A stretch of 64,000 nt of DNA from Cenarchaeum sp. (lineage in GTDB: Archaea; Thermoproteota; Nitrososphaeria; Nitrososphaerales; Nitrosopumilaceae), in NCBI GenBank assembly GCA_963693095.2, contig OY843768.1, positions 768,001-832,000 of the forward strand, written 5' to 3'. Below the pieces are notes generated by a model that did no database searches, had not been told where the DNA came from, and saw nothing but the letters and a program-made list of their open reading frames with translations. Made by a program: the position numbers and the translations under genes. Below are positions 19,104 to 28,681 of this stretch, piece after piece. Numbering within the stretch: the stretch's first letter is position 1; each line of letters starts with the position of its first letter.

Positions 19104-19951
19104 GCGCCGGCGCGCATACCGTCGCTGGCCATCCTGTACGCGATGTTCTTTACCATCACGTTGAGCGACTTCATGAGGTCGCTGCCCTCCTCATAGTTGC
19201 CCGTGTATGGCCCCACTGTAGTGCGTCGCGCAAGGGCCAGCGCATGGCCGGCCCGAAACGACGGGTCGCCGGCTATGCCTATGCACTGCCCACCGTTGTT
19301 CTGCACGGCAGAAAAGCATGGCACGTCATTCTTGCTGTCGCCAACATAGATCATGTTGCCAAACGGTATACGGCGACTTGCGTCATCCTTGAACGAGTTG
19401 ACGAGATATGGGTTTTTGCGCAGCTTTGTCCCGCCGATGCCCTTGTTTATCGCATGCAGGAACTTTGTCTTTTCGGTGAACGTGACGGCCGATTTTATGG
19501 CGTGTATCTTGCCATTCTCATCCTCGGCAAACGTGCCGCCAAACACGTCATTGAACGTGTCGGCAAACGGCGCGCCCCGTATGATCTCCTCAAATCCCGA
19601 CGATATTATGTAAAACTCTACGCCTATTCCGGCATCAACAATGTCAGGGTCAGAGTCGACCATGGCGCGAACTCGCGACACGAGATCCATGACCCCCGGA
19701 TTGGGCGTTATCTTACCTCCAAGCCCGCGCAGCAGGGCGTTGGTGTCCTGCGCTATGTCTCTGGTGCGAATCTTGTCGAGTATCATCGTCATCCACGCTA
19801 TTGGCGGATCCCATCCGTCGGCCACGAGCGACTTGTGCGCGTCCCAGAATGCGCGCGTGTCAACGCCGTTGCTCTCGAGCAAAAAGTTAGTCGTGTCTGG
19901 CGCGAGCGTGTCATCACAGTCACACACCACGGCTATCGTGCTCTGGGCCAT
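19100..19951 (-). CDS. HAD-superfamily hydrolase
   Basis: DCDDTL (motif I), IISSG, YVGDSKNDVP (motif IV). Confidence 0.85.
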   Translation of the reverse strand: MAQSTIAVVCDCDDTLAPDTTNFLLESNGVDTRAFWDAHKSLVADGWDPPIAWMTMILDKIRTRDIAQDTNALLRGLGGKITPNPGVMDLVSRVRAMVDSDPDIVDAGIGVEFYIISSGFEEIIRGAPFADTFNDVFGGTFAEDENGKIHAIKSAVTFTEKTKFLHAINKGIGGTKLRKNPYLVNSFKDDASRRIPFGNMIYVGDSKNDVPCFSAVQNNGGQCIGIAGDPSFRAGHALALARRTTVGPYTGNYEEGSDLMKSLNVMVKNIAYRMASDGMRAGA

Positions 19952-20049
19952 ACGCAGCGATCCGTGACGGCGCATATTAAAACGGATTCGGCGCGCGTGC
20001 GGCAGCGGCACCCAAAGGTACATAATCCCAAAGCCGGCCCGCGCGCCCC

Positions 20050-20211
20050 ATGGTCATGCCGCTTGTCCACGAGAGCCGCCCAAAGTGCCACGTGTGCTGC
20101 GAGTCCTTTGAGGACATTGACGCGCTAAGGGAGCACAAAAAGGCTGTCCACGAGGACGCAGAGGGCCGCCGCGAGATGGGGCCGGCCCCAGGGGATGTCA
20201 GCGTGTTCTAG
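20050..20211 (+). CDS. Small C2H2 zinc-finger protein (53 aa, below ORF-track cutoff)
   Basis: MVMPLVHESRPKCHVCCESFEDIDALREHKKAVH...PAPGDVSVF*. Confidence 0.75.
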   Translation: MVMPLVHESRPKCHVCCESFEDIDALREHKKAVHEDAEGRREMGPAPGDVSVF

Positions 20212-20722
20212 GGCGCCGTGGATCGTCGCATGCGCGGCGGCCATGGCCACACACGCGCCGGCGGCCCATGCGCAGCAGGGCACGGCAACAGTCAGCAACG
20301 AGACGCTCGCAGTGCTAGTAGCCTCGATCGTCGCAGTAGTCGCCCTTGCCCTGTACGTCTCGCGCGCTGCCATCATGCGCAAAAAGACCGACTATGACGG
20401 CGCAGACTATGCCTCAAAGTCAGACCGAACGGGCGAAAAGTACAGCTCGGGATGGCATGATGACTATGAGCGACCAGGATCAGAGCACGCTACCGATGAT
20501 GACCACTATGCGACGCTGGGCATTGAAAAAAAGGCCACGGCGCGCGACATAAAGGAGCGCTATAGGGAGCTCGCAAAGAGGCACCATCCGGACAGGGACG
20601 GCGGGGACGCCGCCGAGCTCGTGCGCATAAACAGGGCATACGGCGTGCTCTCTGACCCCGAATCGCGCCGCGAGTACGACAGGTCGCTAGGGCAGGGCAC
20701 GCTCGGCTCGAATGACCCTTAG
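20195..20722 (+). CDS. Membrane-anchored J-domain (DnaJ) protein
   Basis: TM helix then DHYATLG...YRELAKRHHPD...INRAYGVLSD; start uncertain. Confidence 0.85.
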   Translation: MSACSRAPWIVACAAAMATHAPAAHAQQGTATVSNETLAVLVASIVAVVALALYVSRAAIMRKKTDYDGADYASKSDRTGEKYSSGWHDDYERPGSEHATDDDHYATLGIEKKATARDIKERYRELAKRHHPDRDGGDAAELVRINRAYGVLSDPESRREYDRSLGQGTLGSNDP

Positions 20723-21028
20723 CGAGAGCACGACGGTGCCGGACTGCTGCGAATAGCCCGTCAGGTTTGCGTGCATTCTCATCGGCGCATCGCCAAAGGA
20801 GCGAACCTCGATCTCGGCGAACTCGGTGCTAGGCCCGAGCATGGCGCCTGTCAGCATCGGGAGCATGGACGCATCGCGCATGCTCGCCCTGATCGTCGGC
20901 CATGGGCCTTCCGGACCGGCCTCTAGTGCCGCCTTGGCCACGCCATGTGCGGTGCCGCCGAGGATGACCTCGTATCTAGAGCCCTCGTGCGCACGCTCTA
21001 TCTCGCCGGGAAGCACGCCTGTGTCCAT
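20687..21028 (-). CDS. Hypothetical protein
   Basis: 113-aa ORF with plausible composition and AT-rich upstream element. Confidence 0.6.
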   Translation of the reverse strand: MDTGVLPGEIERAHEGSRYEVILGGTAHGVAKAALEAGPEGPWPTIRASMRDASMLPMLTGAMLGPSTEFAEIEVRSFGDAPMRMHANLTGYSQQSGTVVLSLRVIRAERALP

Positions 21029-21085
21029 TGCAGGGCGCGTGCGCGCAAATACAGATTTAAAGAATGCGCAGGCGCGCGCGTCTCG

Positions 21086-22402
21086 TTGCGGGAGTCAGGC
21101 GACACACATGGGCTAAAGTCACGCATACTCGAGGCCGCAGGTGGCATGGGCATAGGCGAGGACGTGTATACCGAGATGCTAGACTATACGATAGAGCTCT
21201 TTGAGTCACAGGGCCTTGGGACCGACTATTACGGGTACCACAACATCACCCACGAGCTCGAAGTCACGTACGCGGCGCTCATAGCGATGCGCGGGCACGG
21301 CGGCGAGGGCGAGTTTGGCCACACGGAGGCTAGGCACATGTATGCGGCCGCGCTGTTTCACGACTTTGAGCCGCAAAAGGACGCCGACAAGCCGCACGAG
21401 GAGGCCGTTCTCCGCTTTATAGACGCGGACCGAAAGGTGGGCGACCTTGTGGGCAGGGCCGGCCTTGACCTTGACCACATACGCGCGCTCATACTGCGCA
21501 CGACATACCCCTTTGAGGGCAAGAACCGCGAGCATGCCGAGCGCGAGATTGGCGCGTGCCATGACCGCATGGGCCTTGATGCCGCAGGGCGCGCGCGCAA
21601 CCTGTGGAGGGGCTGGTTTCTCTCCGTTCTTGACCGCGTGTGCGGGTATGCGCTCGGCCCGTTCCCAAAGGCCATGGAGATGGCAAAGATGAACGCGCAC
21701 GCGCTCGGATGGCACCCAAACCTCATCGTGCGCCGGTCAGTGTCGTACTTTGAGCGCCTCCTCAATGACGAGACGGACATGACGCGCATCGTGCTCGGCG
21801 CGCTGCCGCGCGACATGCGCAAGTGCTTTATGGACAACGTTCTCGAGTTCCTCAACTTGCGCCAGCACGAGATACGCATAGAGTCTGACTATATCTACGA
21901 GAACGTGAGGCTGCACCCGCTCATAGAGAGCCACAAGGCGCGCACGGATCCAGAATTTGCGCGCAAGCTCCTTGCCATATATGACGAGCTCCCAAATCCC
22001 CTCCAGGTTGCGCGCCACACGTTTGCCGAGACGCTGTGCGATCCCGAGTTTGTGGTCAACACGCTGCGCCTGGGTGACGGGAACGGGGAGATCGTCGGCT
22101 TTGCCAAAGGCGGCCCCTTGGAAAAGTACCAGCTCCGGCCGGAGATCCGTGACGAGTTTCGCGGCAGCGGCAACACGGTCTTTTTGGAGCCGATCGCCCT
22201 AAAGATGGGATACTGGGGCATGGGGGGCGGCAGCGGCATGAGGAGCATGTTTGCGATGCAGGCCCACACGCGAAATTTCCGCTACATGACCAGCTTTGCG
22301 CTCCGCGAGGTCGTCCAGGCCCGAATCGACAGTGGCGAGAGAATCGAGTTTGTCACGAGGTTTGACCCCGAGAGATGGGACTATTACCGCATGGAGATAT
22401 GA
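21086..22402 (+). CDS. HD-domain metal-dependent phosphohydrolase
   Basis: YHNITH...AALFHD...HE...D; TTG start approximate. Confidence 0.8.
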   Translation: MRESGDTHGLKSRILEAAGGMGIGEDVYTEMLDYTIELFESQGLGTDYYGYHNITHELEVTYAALIAMRGHGGEGEFGHTEARHMYAAALFHDFEPQKDADKPHEEAVLRFIDADRKVGDLVGRAGLDLDHIRALILRTTYPFEGKNREHAEREIGACHDRMGLDAAGRARNLWRGWFLSVLDRVCGYALGPFPKAMEMAKMNAHALGWHPNLIVRRSVSYFERLLNDETDMTRIVLGALPRDMRKCFMDNVLEFLNLRQHEIRIESDYIYENVRLHPLIESHKARTDPEFARKLLAIYDELPNPLQVARHTFAETLCDPEFVVNTLRLGDGNGEIVGFAKGGPLEKYQLRPEIRDEFRGSGNTVFLEPIALKMGYWGMGGGSGMRSMFAMQAHTRNFRYMTSFALREVVQARIDSGERIEFVTRFDPERWDYYRMEI

Positions 22403-22482
22403 TCGCAGCGCAATGCGATTTGCCAATGTGTGAACAATTTTTAACTGTATCTCGCTAATATTAGGCAAGTGCTCGGGTTGGC

Positions 22483-22626
22483 ATGACGACGGGGTACTGC
22501 GTCAAGTGCAGAACCAAGCGGGAGATCAAGGGCGCAAAGCCTACGGTCATGAAGAACGGCAAGCCCGCTGTCAGCGGCACGTGTGCAACGTGCAGCACCC
22601 GGATGTTCAAGATCGGCAAGCTCTGA
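22483..22626 (+). CDS. DUF5679-like small zinc-ribbon protein (47 aa)
   Basis: MTTGYCVKCRTKREIK...MKNGKPAVSGTCATCSTRMFKIGKL*. Confidence 0.8.
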   Translation: MTTGYCVKCRTKREIKGAKPTVMKNGKPAVSGTCATCSTRMFKIGKL

Positions 22627-22706
22627 GCATCCGAGTTCCCTTTTTTGAAATGCGCACGATTCGCCAACAGTCGATCTAAAAAATGAACTAGTGTGGCTAT
22701 TCGACC

Positions 22707-24224
22707 CTATTGGAAGGGATCTATGAATGGACAGTTGACAATGTGGTCCGAGTCCATCGGGCGCGCGAGCGTGATGCTCACCTTGCCCTCTGACTTCATG
22801 GCCTGCACGTCACCGACGTTCTCTAGAAGGCGCGCGTCATGCGCATCCTCCCACGTGACTACGGATATGCGCCACATTGGCGAGTATCCGGCGTCGCCGA
22901 GGGCCGCCGTGGCTATGCCCGGCTGGAAGCCGAGTGGCCCGGGGCCCTTGAGTCCGTTGGTGAACTGGAACAAGTCAACTGCAGCCGAATTTGCGATCAG
23001 GCTTGCCGACGTGGGCGTGTGTGGCACTCCCATCGCGCCAGCAGGGCCGACCGGTGTGGCGTCAGTCACGATATAGTATATCGTGCGGCCATCCGGACCC
23101 CAGCCCCTGTGAGCAACAAACGTCACGGTCATGGCATCAGTGTCGATCTCGGTGACCTGGCCGCCCCCATAGGGCAGCTTGTCATCAATCTCGGCCTCAT
23201 TTACCATGAGCTGTCCGCCATTCCACATGACATGTGGCATGTTGATCACGACATCAAGCTCGGTAAGTGTTACCTCACCAGCATCGCTTGCGGCCATGAT
23301 CTCGGCCTCTGACATTAGAATCCGCGGCGTTGTGTCGGCGTTCCACGTGACATGGGTGTGCATTGTCAGCGCACTGTACGTGTCTGGCATTGCCGGCGTT
23401 GACGTAAAGACTTCGCCCTGATACCCGTGCACTCCGTTGCCCTCCATGCCATTTGTGAACATGTAGGTTTGCGAGAGGGCCTCGTCTGGCGCATTGGCCA
23501 GTGTCGGGGCAAGCTCCACGGTCCAGCCCTGGCTCTCCGTGATTATGGAGGCGTGGGTTGGGTCGCTAGAGTCCGTTATGACAAAGTATACACTCTGTCC
23601 GTCATGGTATCCCTCGTGTAGCGGCAGTGTTGCCGGCACGCTTGCGCGTGAAAGCAGCAGCTTGTGCGCATATGAGCCATCCTTGTCGTGCATGCGGTCC
23701 ATCTTGTCGTGGTCCATCATTTTGTCATGGTCCATCATCTTGTCGTGATCCATCATTTTGTCGTGGTCCATCATCTTGTCGTGATCCATCATTTTGTCGT
23801 GGTCCATCATCTTGTCGTTGGACATCCTGTCGTGACCCATCATCTTGTCTTGATCCATCATCTTGTCTTGATCCATCATCTTGTCGTGGTCCATCATCTT
23901 GTCATGTTCCATCTCGTCGTGCATGCGGTCATTCATCGCGTCGCCATGTTCCATCTGTTCTCCCATAGCGTCCATGCCGTCATTGTCCATGTGTTCGCCC
24001 ATCGCGGCGTCAGTGTCAGACATTGCCGATTCCATCGCCGGCTCTGCTGGCGAGATCATCGACTCCATTGTCTTTGACAGGTAGTCTGGCCCAACCTCGG
24101 AGCACAGCCTGTCACCACAGACGACACGCGCAGCGTCGGCAGCCGTTAGGCTACCGGCGGTCAGCGAAATGGCCATTGCCGGCACTATCGCAAATAGCAG
24201 CATTCGTTTCTGCAATGTGTTCAT
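22707..24224 (-). CDS. Secreted protein with Met/His/Asp-rich repeats and two internally homologous domains
   Basis: Signal peptide, CGDRLCSE, (MMDHDK)n, duplicated YFVITDSSD / YYIVTDAT domains. Confidence 0.85.
   Translation of the reverse strand: MNTLQKRMLLFAIVPAMAISLTAGSLTAADAARVVCGDRLCSEVGPDYLSKTMESMISPAEPAMESAMSDTDAAMGEHMDNDGMDAMGEQMEHGDAMNDRMHDEMEHDKMMDHDKMMDQDKMMDQDKMMGHDRMSNDKMMDHDKMMDHDKMMDHDKMMDHDKMMDHDKMMDHDKMDRMHDKDGSYAHKLLLSRASVPATLPLHEGYHDGQSVYFVITDSSDPTHASIITESQGWTVELAPTLANAPDEALSQTYMFTNGMEGNGVHGYQGEVFTSTPAMPDTYSALTMHTHVTWNADTTPRILMSEAEIMAASDAGEVTLTELDVVINMPHVMWNGGQLMVNEAEIDDKLPYGGGQVTEIDTDAMTVTFVAHRGWGPDGRTIYYIVTDATPVGPAGAMGVPHTPTSASLIANSAAVDLFQFTNGLKGPGPLGFQPGIATAALGDAGYSPMWRISVVTWEDAHDARLLENVGDVQAMKSEGKVSITLARPMDSDHIVNCPFIDPFQ
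23697..23908 (-). repeat. 18-bp coding tandem repeat (MMDHDK), ~11 copies
   Basis: ccatcatcttgtcgtggt and variants. Confidence 0.9.
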
Positions 24225-24408
24225 TGCGTCCGTGGACCCAAATGAGGGTTAAAAGCCTTTTTCCACATGCGCAGGCGTGCGCGGGGCCAAATCCACAAAC
24301 CCGCGGCCCCATGGCCCCCTGCGCATGGCCGTGGGCCGTCGCTGCCCCCTGTGGGCGCCCCAGCAGGCCCCCGCGCCGCAGGGGTGCACTGTGGGACCGT
24401 ATGGCCCA

Positions 24409-26130
24409 TCACTTTGAGCGGAGCATGTCCTGGATTTGGGCCAGTATGAGCTGCGCCTTTTCCTTGTTCTCAAAGGTCTGGACCTTGTCATCAAGTATCG
24501 TGTCGATCTCGTAGCTCTTGTTGACGAGTATGTCCGCGACATGCTCGTCGAGTGTCTTGTTGCCTATGAGATAGTACGCAAAGACAGTGTTCTTTTGCCC
24601 TATGCGGTGGAGGCGATCCTCGGCCTGCTGGTGGACCGCGGGGCTCCAGTCAAGCTCGGCAAAGATGACATAGCGGGCCTTGCTCAGGTTGATCCCGACA
24701 TTGCCTGCGCGAAGTCCGGCGATCATGAGATTGGACTCGCCCCCCTGGAACGAGTCGATGTTGGCCTGGCGAAACTTGTCCGTCTGGCCCCCGATCACCG
24801 TTGTGGGCTCAAACTCGGCAAGCTTTTCGTTGAGGAGCTTGTGTATTGACTTGTGGTGGCAAAAGACCACAACGCTCTCCTCTATCTCCATGATGTTTTG
24901 CACAAAGTTGATGACATGCGGCATCTTTGCCAGTCCGGCGACCTGTCTTTCGCTCTGGATCGCGCGCTGGTATGAGGAGTACTTGTCAAGCGTGGACTTT
25001 GACTCGAGCTGCTCCTCCTCCAGGCGGTTCCATATTTTCTTGAGCTCTGCCCTGTAATAGTCAATGTCGGCGTCAATGTACTCCTGGTATCTCACCTTGT
25101 CCTGCAGGTCCTTTAGGACATCGCCCTTTTTGCGGCGCAGCATGACGTGCTTGTGCAGCTTTTCGCGCAAGAGCCTGCGCTTGTTCTCCAGCACTAGTGA
25201 CTTGCCGCGCTCGTTCACATAGCAAAAGTACTGGCAAAACTCTGAATAGCTTCCAAGCAGTCCGGGGCTGAGGACATCTACGATTGGCCATATTTCTGAG
25301 CCGTGGTTGAATATGGGCGTGCCAGACAGGCCAATCCTGTGCTCCAGTGACGGCATTGCCGATATCTTTCGTATCGCCGAGTGCTTTTTGGTCGTCTTTG
25401 ATCGCATGTGGTGAACCTCGTCGCACACAAGCGTCTTTAGGTTTATCTTTAAAAAGTCAGGAACGCGCTTTTCAAGAAGCTCATAGTTGATGATGTAAAA
25501 GTCGCTCCTCTCAAGTATCTTGCGCCGGCCACGCCTGATGAGCTTTGATGTTGGCGATGACGCGTTGACCATGCGGCCGTTCTTGCTCCTCTTTTTGAGG
25601 AACTTGTCAATCTCGCGCTCCCAGTTCTTGAGCGTGACGAGCGGCGCGACTACAAGGACCGGAAACGCGTTCTTTTCGGTCGCAAGGTACGCGAGTGTCT
25701 GGACCGTCTTGCCCAGGCCCATCTCGTCGGCAAGCAGGGCGTTGCCGTTGGACTTTATCAGAAAGTCAAGGCCCTCGCGCTGGAATCCCAAAAGCTTGCC
25801 GCGAAACTGCGATCCGGGACTGACCTTTGCGAGCTTTTCAATGGGTGCGCGCATCTTGGGGCCGGCGACCTTGGCCTTGCCGACCCTGCGCTGCCATGCC
25901 GACTTTGATCGCACGTCGAGCTGGCAATGGCCCATTATCTGCTTTATGCGCTCGACGTTCTCGGGCTTGTCTGGCACGATGACCTCATCAGGCCCGTCGC
26001 CATACCACGACTGCGGTATGAGCTGCGAGGCCATTCCGACGGCGCGGCTGCCGGTGAGCTTCCAGCTCCATGCGTTGGAGTACTTGTCCATGACATACTC
26101 TAACTCGCCTGCGCTGCCCAACTCATGCAC
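24409..26130 (-). CDS. SNF2-family helicase/ATPase
   Basis: LADEMGLGKT, DEVH, LSGTP, QAEDRLHRIGQ. Confidence 0.95.
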   Translation of the reverse strand: MHELGSAGELEYVMDKYSNAWSWKLTGSRAVGMASQLIPQSWYGDGPDEVIVPDKPENVERIKQIMGHCQLDVRSKSAWQRRVGKAKVAGPKMRAPIEKLAKVSPGSQFRGKLLGFQREGLDFLIKSNGNALLADEMGLGKTVQTLAYLATEKNAFPVLVVAPLVTLKNWEREIDKFLKKRSKNGRMVNASSPTSKLIRRGRRKILERSDFYIINYELLEKRVPDFLKINLKTLVCDEVHHMRSKTTKKHSAIRKISAMPSLEHRIGLSGTPIFNHGSEIWPIVDVLSPGLLGSYSEFCQYFCYVNERGKSLVLENKRRLLREKLHKHVMLRRKKGDVLKDLQDKVRYQEYIDADIDYYRAELKKIWNRLEEEQLESKSTLDKYSSYQRAIQSERQVAGLAKMPHVINFVQNIMEIEESVVVFCHHKSIHKLLNEKLAEFEPTTVIGGQTDKFRQANIDSFQGGESNLMIAGLRAGNVGINLSKARYVIFAELDWSPAVHQQAEDRLHRIGQKNTVFAYYLIGNKTLDEHVADILVNKSYEIDTILDDKVQTFENKEKAQLILAQIQDMLRSK

Positions 26131-26210
26131 CTGATTTGAGCCGTGATCAACTGCGCGGTTTATGAACCTTGCCGTTATGGGCGTGATCGCAGCGGCCTCG
26201 AGGGCCGAGC

Positions 26211-26345
26211 CTAGGCGTGGCCTTCAGGGCCATGTGGGCCCGTGGAGGCGTCATGGCAGTCACATGTGCAGTCGTGCGTGGAGTGGTTGCTCAGGCAGTC
26301 TATGCACCGATAGTGCTCACGCTTCTCGCACGCCGAGCAGATCAT
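26211..26345 (-). CDS. Putative Cys/His-rich metal-binding peptide (44 aa)
   Basis: MICSACEKREHYRCIDCLSNHSTHDCTCDCHD...; AT-rich element ~25 nt upstream. Confidence 0.5.
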   Translation of the reverse strand: MICSACEKREHYRCIDCLSNHSTHDCTCDCHDASTGPHGPEGHA

Positions 26346-26482
26346 GGCGCGGGGTGGAGGGGTGGCTTTTGTTAAGTTTTGCCCATGCCCACGCCTGTGC
26401 TCCGGTGAGCTCAACTATCGCTATTGTCGCATGAAATTTAATAGACAAGGGGGTTTATGGCACGAAGGCACGAGACCCATGC

Positions 26483-27580
26483 ATGAGGGCGCCCATCATG
26501 GCACTTGCCGCAGCGGCCATCCTGGCTCCCATGGCAGCCGGCGACGCCGAGGCCATCCTGTGGGATCTCCTCATCGACGCCAACGTCACAGCAGACGTGT
26601 CATACGGCAGCAGCATGACGGTGGCAGGGGCCGTGACCAACCATGCCGGCTGGCCGGTTCCGGATGCGGCCGTGACTCTCAGGGCCGGCCCGCACACGGC
26701 CATGGCAACGACGGGCGCCGACGGGACGTTTGAGACCACAGTGGACAGGACCGACATGATACCCGGCCTGCACGTGGCGCAGATGCGCGCTAGCACAAGT
26801 GACGGGCTGCTTGGCATGGCGAGCATACAGGTCTCCGTCGCCGGCGATGTCAGCCCGTCAGCACACACTGCGCGCCTTTTGTCAGAGGGGCATGCGATGC
26901 GCTACCTTGCCGCAGACGCGTCTGACTTTGAGGATGATCCAATTGGCGCAAAGCTGTACGAGCACTATCAGGCGCTGCAGCGAAGGCTGTTAACCGAGCG
27001 CGCAGTAGAGGAGATGGAGCAGGAGCGCAGGGAGGAGCTTGCGCTCATGCAGGCAACGGCTGACACACAGCGCATGAAGATGCTCGAGCGCGAGACCCAT
27101 GGTGATGGCACGTATGAGGGACGCGTGCGCGACGTGTTTGTGGACGGCCTTGACAGGTCTGTCCGCCCCACAATCGTCGCGCAGCTAGACTATACGCTCG
27201 AGGCGTACAGGGCAGGCAAGGAGGCCATGCGAACCGTGCTGGATCGTGGAGGAAGCATGGCCGAGGCGCTAGCGGCGCGCAATGCGGCTGCGGCAATACC
27301 GCGACATGTCATGGAGAGCCTCTCACCGGAAGTTGGGTTTGACATTGACGACTATCCGTGGGCCGCAGCACACATGACAAACTCCACGGCCGGCCCTGTC
27401 GAGGCAGTGCCAGTGGAGGAGACGCCAGAGGCAGAGTCACGCAACGCCACGGGTGCGCCGACAGGAACGGCCGCGCAGGGCGTCGAGGTCGGGCCGGGCG
27501 TCACGACTGTGTACATGAGCGTCAACGGCGAGCTTGTCAGGCACATCTTTAACGGCACTCACTGGACCGCAGCAGAGTAG
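26483..27580 (+). CDS. Secreted hypothetical protein (N-terminal Ig-like domain plus coiled coil)
   Basis: Signal peptide, 365-aa ORF. Confidence 0.75.
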   Translation: MRAPIMALAAAAILAPMAAGDAEAILWDLLIDANVTADVSYGSSMTVAGAVTNHAGWPVPDAAVTLRAGPHTAMATTGADGTFETTVDRTDMIPGLHVAQMRASTSDGLLGMASIQVSVAGDVSPSAHTARLLSEGHAMRYLAADASDFEDDPIGAKLYEHYQALQRRLLTERAVEEMEQERREELALMQATADTQRMKMLERETHGDGTYEGRVRDVFVDGLDRSVRPTIVAQLDYTLEAYRAGKEAMRTVLDRGGSMAEALAARNAAAAIPRHVMESLSPEVGFDIDDYPWAAAHMTNSTAGPVEAVPVEETPEAESRNATGAPTGTAAQGVEVGPGVTTVYMSVNGELVRHIFNGTHWTAAE

Positions 27581-27631
27581 GCGCAGGCAGCCCCAAAATC
27601 GTTATATGCCAACGTGCGGCGTGATGCGACC

Positions 27632-28681
27632 ATGCGCCTAGTGCGCTATGCGCTCACGCGGGCGCTTGCCATGGTTGGTGTCCTTGTCGTGACGCTGTTC
27701 ATCACCGTCGCCCTCGTCGGCTCGGGCATGGACGGCATACTCGAGCGCTCCGTCGCGTTTCACGTCCGCTCCGAGATTGCGACCAATCCTGCCCTCGCAG
27801 GCTCGTTTGCCGATGCTGCCGCACTCGAGGAGCACATCGCCGCACGCATAGAGGAGCGCACGCGCGAGATCGGCCTGGACAGGCCATGGTGGGCGCCGGA
27901 TCGCATAGCAACGTCCATGTGGCGCATACTCGTGCTCGACTTTGGCCGTGCGACCTTTTTGACCTCGGACACCGGATCCACGGCAGTGGCGGACATACTC
28001 GGCGAGCGCCTCCCAAAGACCATCCTCCTGTTCACTAGCGCAACGGCAGTCATATCGATGATCGGCGTGGTTCACGGGGCCATGGCGAGCAGCCGAGCGC
28101 GATCGGTTGCCGACCGCCTCACGTCGGCGTTTGCCGTGATAAGCTCGAGCTTTCCGGTCTGGTGGGTTGGCCTCCTCATGATATTTACGTTCTCGTTTGC
28201 GTGGCAGGTGTTTCCCTCGCGCGCAACGCCAGACGTGCCGCCTGGCGATCCCGCATACATCGCATCGCTCCTCTACCACATGGCCCTTCCCCTAGCGACG
28301 ATCGTCCTGGTCGGATTTGGCGCATGGTCATACCTTGTGCGAAACTTTATGGTTGGCATACTGCAAGAGGATCACATTGCGGCAAGGCGCGCCATTGGCG
28401 TGCGCGAGAGGAAGATAGTGTACTCGCACGCGCTGCGCAACGCCGCGCCGCCGATCCTCACAGTCATGGCACTAAGCCTGTCAGGCTCGCTCGGCGGCGC
28501 AATAATAACAGAGGCAGTCTTTGACTGGCCTGGCATGGGCCGGCTCTACTTTGAGGCCGTCATGGTGATGGACCTGCCAGTCATAATAGGCTCGACGTAC
28601 GTTCTCACGGCGTTCTTTCTTGTGAGCGTGCTTGTCGCAGACCTGCTCTACATGCGCCTCGACCCGAGGACTGCGCGATGA
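27632..28681 (+). CDS. Peptide/nickel ABC transporter permease, DppB/OppB type
   Basis: TM helices, EAA-like loop, HALRNA, ITEAVFDWPGMG. Confidence 0.92.
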   Translation: MRLVRYALTRALAMVGVLVVTLFITVALVGSGMDGILERSVAFHVRSEIATNPALAGSFADAAALEEHIAARIEERTREIGLDRPWWAPDRIATSMWRILVLDFGRATFLTSDTGSTAVADILGERLPKTILLFTSATAVISMIGVVHGAMASSRARSVADRLTSAFAVISSSFPVWWVGLLMIFTFSFAWQVFPSRATPDVPPGDPAYIASLLYHMALPLATIVLVGFGAWSYLVRNFMVGILQEDHIAARRAIGVRERKIVYSHALRNAAPPILTVMALSLSGSLGGAIITEAVFDWPGMGRLYFEAVMVMDLPVIIGSTYVLTAFFLVSVLVADLLYMRLDPRTAR

